NCBI GenBank assembly: GCA_963779175.1
Contig: CAVZXA010000007.1
Location: 91,930-155,929, forward strand
Length of the DNA stretch: 64,000 nt
From: an uncultured Acidobacteriota bacterium
GTDB lineage: Bacteria > Acidobacteriota > Vicinamibacteria > Vicinamibacterales > UBA2999
Direction: 5' to 3'
Under the pieces are notes generated by a model. The model had not been told where the DNA came from and searched no databases. It was given only the letters and a program-made list of their open reading frames with translations. A program made the position numbers and the translations under genes. Numbering within the stretch: the first letter of the stretch is position 1; every line of letters begins with the position of its first letter. Below are positions 1-9,551 of this stretch, piece by piece.

Positions 1-22
1 GTCGCTGTCCGTCGTTCCCAGT

Positions 23-40
23 CCCGAGCCCCGAGCCCCG
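23..40. repeat. Tandem heptamer CCCGAGC (about 2.5 units) directly upstream of the first gene
   Basis: gtCCCGAGCCCCGAGCCCCgcATG. It shows the same 7-bp periodicity as the CTAGCGG-type arrays elsewhere in the window. Confidence 0.4.
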
Positions 41-41
41 C

Positions 42-962
42 ATGTCCAATGTCCTGACCGGCGTCTTCAACATCACGCCCACGCCGTTCCTGGCCGACGG
101 CGCCATCGACCATGCCAGCCTGACGCGCCTCACGCACTTCACCCGCGATGCCGGCGTGAACGGCATGACCATCCTCGGCGTGCTGGGCGAAGCCGACAAG
201 CTCACCGAAGCCGAGCGCGACGCGGTCATCGAGACGACGATGGCCGCGGCCGGCGCCGACTTCCCGATCTGCATCGGCACCACCCACGCCGGCACCGACG
301 GCTGCATCAGCTGGAGCCGGCGGGCCCAGCAGCTCGGCGCCGTGGCCGTGATGGTGGCGCCGCCGAAGCTGGCGCGCTCGAACGACGCCGCGCTGCACCG
401 GCACTACGTGGCGGTGGCCGACGCGCTCGACATCCCGGTCGTGGTCCAGGATTTCCCGCCCGCCGTCGGCGGCATCACGATGAGCCCGGAGCTCATCGCC
501 GGCCTCGCGAAGGCCTCGCCGAAGCTGCAGCATCTGAAGCTCGAAGACGAGCCGTCGCCGATGAAGGTCAGCCAGGTGCTGGCGCTCAATCCGGCCGTCA
601 GGATCTTCGGCGGCCTCGGCGGGATGATGTTCCTCGAGGAACTCCGGCACGGCGCCATCGGCACCATGACCGGCTTCGCGTTTCCCGAGATCCTCGTGAG
701 GATTCATCGCGCCTTCGCCAGTGGCGACATCGACGGCGCCACGGAGATCTTCTACAAGTACTGCCCGCTCATCCGCTTCGAAAACCAGCCGCGCATCAAT
801 CTGGCGCTGCGCAAGCACATCTACCATCGGCGCGGCGTCATCGCCACGCCGCGCGTGCGGGCGCCGTTTTCGCCGGTCGACGACGGCACGCTCGCCGACC
901 TCGACGACCTCATGACCCGCCTCGGCCTGCAGCCGCAGGCGCCCTGCAGCCGCCAGCCCTGA
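42..962 (+). CDS. Dihydrodipicolinate synthase / N-acetylneuraminate lyase family aldolase (DapA-like)
   Basis: 306-aa ORF with ATG start. N-terminal GVFNITPTPF..DG.ID and GVNGMTILGVLGEADKLTxxER pattern, plus a lysine in LKLEDE, are typical of DHDPS-family TIM-barrel enzymes. Confidence 0.8.
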   Translation: MSNVLTGVFNITPTPFLADGAIDHASLTRLTHFTRDAGVNGMTILGVLGEADKLTEAERDAVIETTMAAAGADFPICIGTTHAGTDGCISWSRRAQQLGAVAVMVAPPKLARSNDAALHRHYVAVADALDIPVVVQDFPPAVGGITMSPELIAGLAKASPKLQHLKLEDEPSPMKVSQVLALNPAVRIFGGLGGMMFLEELRHGAIGTMTGFAFPEILVRIHRAFASGDIDGATEIFYKYCPLIRFENQPRINLALRKHIYHRRGVIATPRVRAPFSPVDDGTLADLDDLMTRLGLQPQAPCSRQP

Positions 963-966
963 CCAC

Positions 967-997
967 TTAGCCGCTAGCCGCCAGCCCCTAGCCGCTA
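967..997. repeat. Heptamer array of the CTAGCGG / GGCT(A/G)GC family, reverse orientation
   Basis: ttagccgctagccgccagcccctagccgcta, lying between the stop of the aldolase gene and the SDR gene. Confidence 0.7.
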
Positions 998-1010
998 TTC
1001 GGAGATCCAC

Positions 1011-1799
1011 ATGGACTTGAAGCTCACCGGAAAACGCGCCCTCGTCACCGCCGCCAGCCGCGGCCTCGGCTTCGCCACCGCGCTGGGCCTGGCCCGCGAG
1101 GGCGTGTCGCTCGTCATCTGCAGCCGCGACGAGGCCCGTATCAACGACGCGGCCGGGAAGATCCGCGCCGAGACCGGCGCCCAGGTCGAGGCGCTGGTCG
1201 CCGACGTCAGCTCGTCGGACGAAGCCGCGCGACTGGTCGCCCACGCCGTGACCGCGCTCGGCGGTCTCGACATCGTCGTGCACAACGCCGGGGGGCCGCC
1301 GGCCGGCGACTTCCTGTCGATGACCGAGGGCCAGTGGCAGAAGGCGTTCGACCAGAACCTGATGAGCCTGGTGCGCCTCGTGAACGCCGCGGTGCCCGAG
1401 ATGAAGAAGGCCGGCGGCGGCCGCATCCTCACCATCGCGTCGTCGTCGATCAAGCAGCCGATTCCGGGCCTGGTGCTCTCGAACGCGTTCCGCACCGGCG
1501 TTTACGGCCTCATCAAGACGCTGGCGAAGGAACTCGGGCCGTCGAACATCCTGCTGAACGTGGTGGCGCCCGGCCGCATCCAGACCGAGCGCATCGAAGA
1601 ACTCGATCAGGCGACGGCGTCGCGGCGCGGCCTCGACCTGCAGCAGGTGAAAAAGGAGTCGGTGGCCTCGATTCCGCTCGGCCGTCTCGGCACGCCGGAA
1701 GAGTTCGCCAACCTGCTGGTCTTCCTCGCCTCGGATGCCGGCCGCTACATCAGCGGGCAGGCCATCATCGTGGACGGCGGCGCAACGGCCGCGCTGTAA
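1011..1799 (+). CDS. SDR-family oxidoreductase (3-oxoacyl-ACP reductase-like)
   Basis: 262-aa ORF with VTAASRGLGFA cofactor-binding motif, NAG motif and catalytic Y-x3-K (VYGLIK). Confidence 0.9.
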   Translation: MDLKLTGKRALVTAASRGLGFATALGLAREGVSLVICSRDEARINDAAGKIRAETGAQVEALVADVSSSDEAARLVAHAVTALGGLDIVVHNAGGPPAGDFLSMTEGQWQKAFDQNLMSLVRLVNAAVPEMKKAGGGRILTIASSSIKQPIPGLVLSNAFRTGVYGLIKTLAKELGPSNILLNVVAPGRIQTERIEELDQATASRRGLDLQQVKKESVASIPLGRLGTPEEFANLLVFLASDAGRYISGQAIIVDGGATAAL

Positions 1800-1809
1800 C
1801 TCGCCGCGG

Positions 1810-2658
1810 ATGAAACCTGGCGACTTCTTCGACTTCGTTCCTCTCGAGGCGACACGGCTCCGGGTCACGACCGCGATCAATCTCCTTCTCGGCGCCGGTT
1901 GCGCCGTGGTCGCAACGGCATGGCTGGTCGGGCAGCCGGTGCTCTACTCGGCCTCGTCGCCGGTGCTGTCGCCCTTCACGGCGCTGTCGCTCTTCCTGAT
2001 GGTGGCGGTGCGCCAGGCGCAGCTCCGTCTCGACACCTGGCCGATGGCGCTCAGTCTGGCGATGACCGGGCTGGTGCTGGGCGGTAACGTGTCATCGATC
2101 GTGATGCTGGCGATGACACCGGCCGAGCTCTGGGCGAGCTTCCCCGGCCTCGTGCTCACGTCGGTGATGACCTCGATCGGCCTCGTCATCTTCTGCGCCT
2201 ACGACCTCGTCATTTCGCTCCGGCGCACGCCCGACTCGGCCTTCATCCTCGACGACCTGCTCATCCATCTCGCGCTGGTGCCCGGCGGCCTGAGCCTGCT
2301 CGGGTACCTGCTCGGCAACCCCACGTACCTGAGCATCCACGCCGATCCGCGGGTGGGCATCTCACCGCTCGAGATGGCGTTCCTGGGGCTGTATGCCGTG
2401 GCGGCGGTGGTCTCGAATCCAGGGCTCTTCCTGTGGCGCTTCCTCGCTGCCGGCTGGGCGAACCGCGCCGTATTCGCCGTGCTGTTCGGCAACCAGTTCC
2501 TGGCGCCCCTGGTGGTGGCGCTGTGGGTCGCCAGGCCCGGCGCCAGCGGTCCGGGCGTCGAGCTCTACGTGATGCTCGCCGGCGTCGTGGCCACGATGTC
2601 GTTCCTGCTGGTGCAGGCGCGCCTCATGCAGCGCGGAGGCGGCATCGCCACCCCGTAG
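1810..2658 (+). CDS. Hypothetical polytopic membrane protein
   Basis: In-frame ATG at 1810 (MKPGDFF..) within ORF 1735..2658. It contains many consecutive hydrophobic segments and no recognisable motif. Confidence 0.55.
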   Translation: MKPGDFFDFVPLEATRLRVTTAINLLLGAGCAVVATAWLVGQPVLYSASSPVLSPFTALSLFLMVAVRQAQLRLDTWPMALSLAMTGLVLGGNVSSIVMLAMTPAELWASFPGLVLTSVMTSIGLVIFCAYDLVISLRRTPDSAFILDDLLIHLALVPGGLSLLGYLLGNPTYLSIHADPRVGISPLEMAFLGLYAVAAVVSNPGLFLWRFLAAGWANRAVFAVLFGNQFLAPLVVALWVARPGASGPGVELYVMLAGVVATMSFLLVQARLMQRGGGIATP

Positions 2659-2676
2659 CCCCGAGCCGCGCTAGCC
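2654..2676. repeat. Degenerate heptamer array spanning the stop codons of two convergent genes
   Basis: cgtagcc ccgagcc gcgctagcc. It contains the TAG of the + gene (2656-2658) and the CTA of the - gene (2671-2673). Confidence 0.4.
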
Positions 2677-2994
2677 TTTCAAGTCTTCGCGCACGGGCGA
2701 GAAGACATCGAGCACGCGGGTCGCGACCAGCGCCGTGCCAGCGTGAGGCACGTTGCCGGGGATCGCGAAGACCGTTCCGGGCGTCAACCGATGGGGCGTG
2801 CCGGCGACCACGAGTTCGAGTTCGCCCTCGAGCACGATGACGGTCTGCTCGTGCGGATGCTGGTGCTCGGGAAACGCCGCGCCGGCCGTGCAGGTCACGA
2901 ACGACTGCGTGACCAGCGGCGTGTGGACGAGGCGGGCCGTGAAGCCGGGGAAGAGCTCGCGCGTGGGCAGGGTCTCGATCTCGAGGAAGGGCAT
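2671..2994 (-). CDS. Cupin domain protein
   Basis: Internal ATG at 2994 (MPFLEIETL..) of ORF 2671..3138. Cupin motifs: GAAFPEHQHPHEQTVIVLEGE and GTVFAIPGNVPH. Confidence 0.75.
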   Translation of the reverse strand: MPFLEIETLPTRELFPGFTARLVHTPLVTQSFVTCTAGAAFPEHQHPHEQTVIVLEGELELVVAGTPHRLTPGTVFAIPGNVPHAGTALVATRVLDVFSPVREDLKG

Positions 2995-3067
2995 GGCGTC
3001 TCCGGATTGAGCCGTCAAGCATAGCGCGGCTGACTTCACGACGACACTGGCCCCGGACGCGGCGCGC

Positions 3068-4141
3068 GTGCACAATGGAAGCATCACTTCCATGACGACG
3101 CTCAGGTTCGTACGAGTCGCCCTGCTCGCCGCCGTCACCGGCGTCGCCGTGATGCCCGCCGCGCTCGGCGCGCGTCAGGCGCCGGTGCCGGAGCCGGCGG
3201 CCGACGAGCCGGCGCGCTTTGCGGCGTTTCTCGACGACCTCAAGGCCGAGGCGGTCAGGCGTGGCATCTCCGAAGCCGTGGTCGCCCGGGCCCTCGACGG
3301 ACTCGAGCCCCTGCCGGTCGTGCTCGAGCGCGATCGCGGCCAGGCCGAAGCGGTGCTGAGCATCGACGACTACGTGCGTCAGCGGCTCACCGCGGCCACG
3401 GTGCGTCAGGCGAAGCGTATGGCCACGACGCACCGGGCCGTGCTGGCGCGCGTGAGCAAGGCGTATGGTGTGCAGCCGCGCTATCTCGTGGCCGTGTGGG
3501 GACTCGAGTCGAACTTCGGCCGCTTCACCGGCGTGCGGCCCACCGTGCAGGCGCTGGCGACACTTGCCTACGATGGCCGCCGCGGCGAGCTGTTCAGGAA
3601 CGAGCTCTTCGACGCGCTGCGCATCGTCGAGAAGGGCCACATCGATCTGCCGCGGCTCAAGGGCTCGTGGGCGGGCGCGATGGGGCAGCCGCAGTTCATG
3701 CCGTCCAGCTACCTGAAATACGCCGAAGACTTCGACGGCGATGGCACGCGCGACATCTGGGGCAATCACGCCGACGTCTTCGCGTCGATCGCCAACTACC
3801 TCAAAGCCTACGGGTGGGACGGCGACGCGACCTGGGGGCGCCAGGTGCGGGTGCCCGGCCCGGTGGCCGAGCTGGCCGAGCGGGCCGGTTCGCGCGGCGA
3901 AGGCTGCCGCGCCGAACGCGCCCTGTCGCGCCGGCGGTATCTGTCGGAGTGGCAGGCGATGGGCGTGCGCGCGAGCGACGGCCGCGACCTGCCGGCGGTG
4001 GAACGCCAGGCGTCGCTGCTCGATGCCGGCGATCGCCAGTTCCTCGTCTACGCCAACTACGAAGCCATCCTCGGCTACAACTGCGCCAACGCCTACGCGC
4101 TCAGCGTGGCGATGCTCGGCGATCGCATCACGCTGCCATGA
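3068..4141 (+). CDS. Lytic murein transglycosylase (MltB / SLT_2 family)
   Basis: 357-aa ORF with a signal-like N-terminus. Motifs: WGLESNFG (catalytic Glu), GQPQFMPSSY and DVFASIANYL. The start could instead be the ATG near 3092. Confidence 0.85.
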   Translation: MHNGSITSMTTLRFVRVALLAAVTGVAVMPAALGARQAPVPEPAADEPARFAAFLDDLKAEAVRRGISEAVVARALDGLEPLPVVLERDRGQAEAVLSIDDYVRQRLTAATVRQAKRMATTHRAVLARVSKAYGVQPRYLVAVWGLESNFGRFTGVRPTVQALATLAYDGRRGELFRNELFDALRIVEKGHIDLPRLKGSWAGAMGQPQFMPSSYLKYAEDFDGDGTRDIWGNHADVFASIANYLKAYGWDGDATWGRQVRVPGPVAELAERAGSRGEGCRAERALSRRRYLSEWQAMGVRASDGRDLPAVERQASLLDAGDRQFLVYANYEAILGYNCANAYALSVAMLGDRITLP

Positions 4142-4359
4142 GACAATTCCATCCGGGCCCCATGCCGCCATCGTCCTCGCCCGTCACGCCGCCGTTCTGG
4201 CAGGTCGTCGCCACCGCGCTCGGCGCGGTCGCCTCGATGATCGCGGCGCTCTACTTCGCCGGCCAGCAGCTCACGCCGATCGCGCTCATCGGCACCACGC
4301 TCTTCGTCGGTCTCGGCGGGCTGAGCTTCGAGCTGGCCCGTCGCCGCGCCTCTCGCTAG
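4138..4359 (+). CDS. Small hydrophobic protein (hypothetical)
   Basis: ATG 4138 overlaps the upstream stop (ATGA). It encodes 73 aa with two hydrophobic stretches and has no homology signal I can recognise. Confidence 0.35.
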   Translation: MRQFHPGPMPPSSSPVTPPFWQVVATALGAVASMIAALYFAGQQLTPIALIGTTLFVGLGGLSFELARRRASR

Positions 4360-4383
4360 GGCCCGCGTGGTAGTCTGAGCGGC

Positions 4384-4911
4384 ATGGATGCCAAGCTGCT
4401 CAAGGGCATGAACGAGCACCTGAAGCTCGAGTTCAAGGCCTCGCACGAATACCTCGCCATGTCCGTATGGCTGTCGTCGAACGACCTGCCGGGGTTTGCG
4501 ACCTGGATGCGTCAGCAGTCGGCCGACGAGCTCACGCACGCGCAGAAGTTCATCGATCACCTGGTCGATCGCGACCAGAAGGCGGTGCTGCCGGCGGTGG
4601 CGCAGCCGCCCTCGACGTGGAAGACGGTCGAAGCACTCTGCGCGCACGTGCTGCAGAACGAACAGGCCGTGACCGCGTCGATCAACAACCTCTACGCGAT
4701 GGCCGAGACCGCGAAAGACCGCCCGGCCATCGTGCTGCTGCAATGGTTCGTCAACGAGCAGATGGAAGAAGAAGCGGCGGCCCGCGCCATCCTCGGCCGC
4801 ATCAAGCTCGGCGGCACCACCGGCGTGGGCCTGCTGATGATCGATCAGGAGCTGGCCAAGGGCTCGATGCCCGGCATGCCGGCCTCGGCCGACGCCGGCG
4901 GCGCGCAGTAG
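4384..4911 (+). CDS. Ferritin (non-haem, Ftn-like)
   Basis: 175-aa ORF. The ferroxidase-centre pattern E..ASHEYLAMSVW .. ELTHAQKFIDHL .. NEQ is typical of bacterial ferritins. Confidence 0.9.
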   Translation: MDAKLLKGMNEHLKLEFKASHEYLAMSVWLSSNDLPGFATWMRQQSADELTHAQKFIDHLVDRDQKAVLPAVAQPPSTWKTVEALCAHVLQNEQAVTASINNLYAMAETAKDRPAIVLLQWFVNEQMEEEAAARAILGRIKLGGTTGVGLLMIDQELAKGSMPGMPASADAGGAQ

Positions 4912-4920
4912 GCCACGGCC

Positions 4921-5241
4921 GTGCAGGTGCGGCGGTGGAACGCGGCCGCCGACGGGCCACTGGATGAAGCCGCGGTGCGCGCGAAGCTCGAAGCGCTCGG
5001 CTACGTCGTGGCGCGCTACGTCTATCCGCCAGGCACCCGCTTCCCCGACCACGCCCACGACGTCGACAAGATCGACGCCGTCGTGAGCGGCCACTTCCGC
5101 ATCGTCATCGGCGGACACACCGCGGCGCTCGGCCCCGGCGACTGGGTCGAAGTACCGCGTGGCCGCCGCCACAACGCCACGGTCATCGGCGACCACGCGG
5201 TGGTGAGTCTGGACGCGATCAGGCTGGCGGCTAGGGGCTAG
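4921..5241 (+). CDS. Cupin domain protein
   Basis: 106-aa ORF with a non-ATG start in the track. Cupin motifs: PPGTRFPDHAHDVDKIDAVVSG and GDWVEVPRGRRH. The last codons and the TAG lie inside a heptamer repeat. Confidence 0.6.
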   Translation: MQVRRWNAAADGPLDEAAVRAKLEALGYVVARYVYPPGTRFPDHAHDVDKIDAVVSGHFRIVIGGHTAALGPGDWVEVPRGRRHNATVIGDHAVVSLDAIRLAARG

Positions 5242-5380
5242 CGGCTGGCGGCTAAGAGATGGCAGCTCGCGCGAAGAAGTGACGTTCCTGGCGGGGCGCG
5301 TAGCAAGTCTCGGACGGCCGGCGCCCAGGTGAACTCCCTCAGGATGTCGTCCAGCCGCTAGCCGCCAGCCGCTAGCCGCT
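5222..5380. repeat. Inverted pair of heptamer arrays flanking a ~95-bp spacer (MITE/REP-like or terminator-like structure)
   Basis: Left arm 5222-5256 is ggctggcggctaggggctagcggctggcggctaag. Right arm 5352-5380 is cagccgctagccgccagccgctagccgct. The arms are reverse complements of the same GGCT(A/G)GC unit. Confidence 0.65.
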
Positions 5381-5404
5381 TCCCCCGCCAGCGAAAGGTC
5401 AGAC

Positions 5405-6334
5405 ATGAAAATCGTGATGTTCGGCGCCGGCGGAGTCGGCGGCTACTTCGGGGGACGGCTGGCCGCGGCGGGCGCCGACGTGGCCTTCGTCGCGCGGGGC
5501 GCGCATCTCGAGGCGCTGAGGCGCGACGGTCTGCGCATCACGAGCCCGAAGGGCGACGTCCACGTGCCCAGCGTGCGGGCCAGCGCCGACCCGGCCGAGC
5601 TCGGCACGGCCGATGTGGTCTTCCTCACCGTGAAGATGTACGACGTGGATACGGCGGCCTCGGCCATCGGACCGCTGGTCGGGCCCGACACCATGGTCGT
5701 CACGCTGCAGAACGGCGTCGAAGCCACCGACATGGTGGCCCGGCGCGTCGGCCGCGGGCACGTCGCGGGCGGTGTGGCGTACGTGGCGGCGGTCATCAGC
5801 GAGCCCGGGTCCATCCGGCATACCGCCCTCGATGCGCTCATCGTCGGCGAACTCGACGGCGCCATGTCACCGCGGCTGCTGGCGCTCAGGGACGCCGCCA
5901 CGGCAGCCGGTTTCGCCTTCACCGCCAGCCCCGACATCCGCAAGGACCTGTGGTCGAAGTTCGCGCGTCTGTCGGTCTTCAGCGGCATGACCGGCGCCGT
6001 GCGCTCGCCGCTCGGCGTGCTGCGCGCCTCGCCGGGGCTGATGGCGCTGCTCGAGGCCGCGGTGGACGAGACGCTGGAAGTGGGCAGGGCGATGGGCGTC
6101 GACCTCGACGAACGGGTGCGCGACGAGGTGTTCACGATGTACCGCGCCATGCCCCCGCAGGCGAAGTCGTCACTGCTCGAGGACCTCGAGCGTGGCCGGC
6201 CCCTGGAACTGCCGTGGCTGAGCGGCGCTGTCGTCCGCCTGGGGCGGGAGGTGGGCGTGCCCACGCCGATGCACGCCCTCCTCGAGACGCTGCTCACGCC
6301 GTTCGTGCGCGGCGGATCGCCGCCGATGGTCTAG
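5405..6334 (+). CDS. panE: 2-dehydropantoate 2-reductase (ketopantoate reductase, ApbA/PanE family)
   Basis: 309-aa ORF with Rossmann motif MKIVMFGAGGVGGYFGGRLA and overall PanE-like layout. Confidence 0.8.
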   Translation: MKIVMFGAGGVGGYFGGRLAAAGADVAFVARGAHLEALRRDGLRITSPKGDVHVPSVRASADPAELGTADVVFLTVKMYDVDTAASAIGPLVGPDTMVVTLQNGVEATDMVARRVGRGHVAGGVAYVAAVISEPGSIRHTALDALIVGELDGAMSPRLLALRDAATAAGFAFTASPDIRKDLWSKFARLSVFSGMTGAVRSPLGVLRASPGLMALLEAAVDETLEVGRAMGVDLDERVRDEVFTMYRAMPPQAKSSLLEDLERGRPLELPWLSGAVVRLGREVGVPTPMHALLETLLTPFVRGGSPPMV

Positions 6335-6346
6335 CCGGACTGCGGC

Positions 6347-7084
6347 TCACATCGACCGCGCCTTGCGCAGCGCCGGCACCAGCATCGGCACGGTGCGGCG
6401 ATAGGCGGCGTATTCGGGATGCGCCCGCGCCAGGTCGCGCTCCTCGAGCTGAATGGCGATGAGGATGTAGCCGGTCGTCATGACGGCAAAGAGCAGGTGC
6501 GTGACGGTCATCGTCGGCGTGCACCAGAAGGCGAAGAGCCAGCCGACATAGAGCGGATGCCGCACCATGCGGTAGAGCCACGGCGTCTTGAAGGCCAGCG
6601 GCGTCTGCGCCTGTCCGCGAAAGCCGTGCCACGCCTGCCGCAGCCCGAAGAGGTCGAAGTGATTGATGGCGAAGGTCGCCACCAGCACCAGCCCCCATCC
6701 GAAGGCGAAGCCTGCCAGCAGCAGCGCGCGTCCGGCCGGTGCCGTCACGTCCCACACCACCCCGCCCAGCGGCCGCCACTGCCAGAAGAGCAGGATGAGC
6801 GCCAGGCTGCTCGCGAGCACGTAGGTGCTGCGTTCGGCGGCCTCCGGGATGACGCGCGTGATGAGGCGCTTGAACGCCGGCCGCGCCATCACGCTGTGCT
6901 GCACTGCAAAGAGCGCCAGCAGCGCCAGGTCGACGGCCAGCGCGACCGTCCACGGATCGGTCGGCCCGGAGTCGAGCGACTTCGGCACCCAGACGTTGCC
7001 GATGAAGCCGATGGCGTAGAGGAAGGTGGCGAGGAACAACGCGTAGGTGAAGGCCCCGTAAATCGCGAGCAGCGTGCCGGTCAT
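6347..7084 (-). CDS. Membrane methyltransferase of the ICMT/PEMT superfamily (MddA-like)
   Basis: ATG at 7084 (MTGTLLAIYGAF..) inside ORF 6347..7156. It is multi-TM, with INHFDLFGLRQ and C-terminal RHPLYVGWL..E motifs typical of this family. Confidence 0.65.
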   Translation of the reverse strand: MTGTLLAIYGAFTYALFLATFLYAIGFIGNVWVPKSLDSGPTDPWTVALAVDLALLALFAVQHSVMARPAFKRLITRVIPEAAERSTYVLASSLALILLFWQWRPLGGVVWDVTAPAGRALLLAGFAFGWGLVLVATFAINHFDLFGLRQAWHGFRGQAQTPLAFKTPWLYRMVRHPLYVGWLFAFWCTPTMTVTHLLFAVMTTGYILIAIQLEERDLARAHPEYAAYRRTVPMLVPALRKARSM

Positions 7085-7192
7085 GTCATCTCCAGTCGAG
7101 GGGCCCGGCCTGTGGGTGGAGGCCCCTGTCTGGAAATCGCGAACGGCGGCGTGCAATCCGCCAGCCGGCAGGCTCCCGGCGCGTCGAGGCCG

Positions 7193-8948
7193 CTACCGGC
7201 CGTCGAAGGCGACGGCGCCGCCGACCACGGTGAGTCGCACCCGGCCGGCGAGCAGGGCGGCCGGGTTGCTCGCGCCGAGCGTCATCGGATCGACCGACAG
7301 CGCCGAGAGATCGGCCAGACGTCCGGCCGCGATCTGGCCTGCCTCGGCCTCCGCGAACGCGGCGTAGGCCGCCCACGTGCTGTAGCCGCGCACCGCCTCT
7401 TCCGGCGTCATGCGCTGCGCGGGATACCAGCCGCCGGCGGGCTGCCCGCTCTTGTCCTGCCGCGTGATGGCCGAGTGCAGGCCGTAGAAGATGTCGTGGT
7501 CGGAGCCGGTGAGGTCGGAGTTGAAGATGAGCCGCGCGCCGGCCTGGCGCAGCGTGCGCCACGCATAGGCGCCGGTGATGCGCGTCGGCGCCGACGCGCG
7601 CTTCCGCCCAGCCCTTGTCTTCGACCGCGTGCGGCGGCTCCATCGAGGCGATGACGTTCATCGACGCGAAGCGGGGGATGTCAGCCGGACTCACGACCTG
7701 CGCGTGTTCGATCCGGTGCCGTCCCTCACGGGCACGCGCGTTGTCCTTGAGCACGCCGTCGAGAAAGTCGAGCGACTCGCGGTTACCGGCATCGCCGATC
7801 GCGTGCACGCCCACCTGAAACCCGGCGCGCATCATCGCCGCCACGACGTCTTTGTCGAAGCCGTAGCCGGCGCCGCTGACGCCGCGGTGGCCGGGGGTGT
7901 CGCTGTAGTCGTCGAGCAGGCGCGCGCCGCGCGAGCCGAGCGCGCCGTCGTAGTAGGCCTTGACCGCGCGCACGACCAGCATGTCGGACGGCGCGCCCTG
8001 CGGGCCCTTGGCCTCCCACTCGCGGCACAGCTCCGGATCGCGCGCCGAGAGCATCACGTAGACGCGGATCGGGAGCTGCATCTTCGCGTCAAGTGCGAGA
8101 TAGCCGTCGAGCATCGCGCGATCGACGCCGGCGTCGTGCACGGCGGTGTAGCCGGAGCGTGCCATCTCGGTGAGCCCGGCCAGCAACTGGCTCTCGACCT
8201 GCGCCGGCGAGGGCGCCGGCACCGCGCTCGCCATGATCGTGGTGGCGCGGTTCAGGAAGATGCCGGTGGGCTCGCCGCTGGCGTCGGTGCGGATCTCGCC
8301 GCCGACCGGCGTGGCGGTGGTGCGGGTGATCTTCGCCGCATCGAGGGCGCGGCGGTTCGCCCACACGCCGAAGCCGTGCAGCGAATACAGCACGACCGGA
8401 TGGTCGGGGACCTTCTGGCTGAGGAGCCGCCAGTCGGGATAGCGGTTCGCCCAGGCGCCTTCGTCCCAGCCGCGGCCGGTGATCCACTGGCCCTTCGGCA
8501 CCGTCGCGGCGTAGGCGGCGACGCGGTCGATGGCCTCGGCCTCGGTCGTGACGCCCACGAGATCGACCGACTGGAGCTTCGCGCCCAACTCGAGGATGTG
8601 CGAATGCGAGTCCACCAGGCCCGGCACGAGCGTCGCGCCACCGAGATCCACCACCTGCGTGCGCGGGCCCTGGTGCGCCTCGACGGCGTCGCGCGTGCCG
8701 ACGCGCGTGATCCGTCCGCCGGTGATGGCCACGGCGGCGGCATCGGGCCGCCAGCCGCGCCCGTCGTGGGGCGCGCCGGCGGCCGGCGTGCCGTCGGCGG
8801 CGGGATCGGGCCACGTCATCGTGTAGACCTGCGCGTTCACGAGCAGCAGGTCAGCGGCCGGCGGCGGCTCCGACGTGCAGGCGGCGACCCCGGCCGCGAG
8901 GGCGCCGACGGCGACGACCCGACGCATGGCGAGCATCGAGCCACTCAT
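7193..8948 (-). pseudogene. Amidohydrolase (YtcJ-like metal-dependent hydrolase) with one apparent frame break
   Basis: Lipoprotein-like start MSGSMLAMRRVVAVGALAAGVAAC. Motifs: LVPGLVDSHSHI, GVHAIGD and HRIEHAQ. The frame breaks near 7585-7600 after ..KGWAEARVGA. It resumes as ..ITGAYAWRTLRQAGARLIFNSD..MTPEEAVRGYS (ORF 7193..7411). The start overlaps the PAP2 stop (ATGA). Confidence 0.8.
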
Positions 8949-9551
8949 CGCGTGGGCACACCGGCGGCGCTGAAGGCCACTGCCAGCCAGCTGAGACAGA
9001 TGGCGACCGTGCCGATGGTGTCGCTGGGCCAGTGCGCGCCCGGCACGATGCGCGCGCAGGCCGCCGCCACCAGCACGATCACACCGGCCACGATGACGCC
9101 GGTGCGCAGCGCACTCGGGCGCTGCCGCCACGCCAGCACCACCAGCGCGCCGATGGTGACGCTGTAGAGGGTCATGAACGTCGAAGGAAACGAGAGACCC
9201 GTCGGGTTGCCCATCACGGCGACCAGATCGCGGGCCGGCCGTGGCCGGCCGAACAGCGACTTCGACGCTTCGCCGAGTGATCTGCTCGAGGGCGAGCGCG
9301 GCGATGACCACGAGCGCGGCGCGCACGCCGGCCAGGCGCCAGGCGCCCAGCACCGCGATGGCCATGAGGCCGTACTTGAACGGCGCGCTGGCCGTGCCGA
9401 CAAATGGCGCCACCCAGCCGGTGCCGGGCGACAGCCCCTGAATCACGCCGGCCAGCGCCGGATCGCCCGGCAGGTACGGCAGGAAGCGCGCCTGCGCGCC
9501 GAAGACGATCGTGACCAGCAGCGCGAGGCGGACGAGGTGTCGGGTGCTCAT
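8945..9551 (-). pseudogene. PAP2-family phosphatase (membrane) with one apparent frame break
   Basis: The N-terminal TM part (MSTRHLVRLALLV..) is in the frame of ORF 7086..9575. The C-terminal part is in ORF 8945..9403, with motifs KSLFGRPRP and ARIVPGAHWPSD. The break is near 9272-9284. Confidence 0.7.

Noticed and set aside
5257-5351. 95-bp spacer between the inverted heptamer arrays as a tRNA, small RNA gene or small CDS
   Set aside because: I could see no tRNA-like T-arm or anticodon architecture, no promoter, and no convincing ORF. It is retained only as part of the repeat structure.
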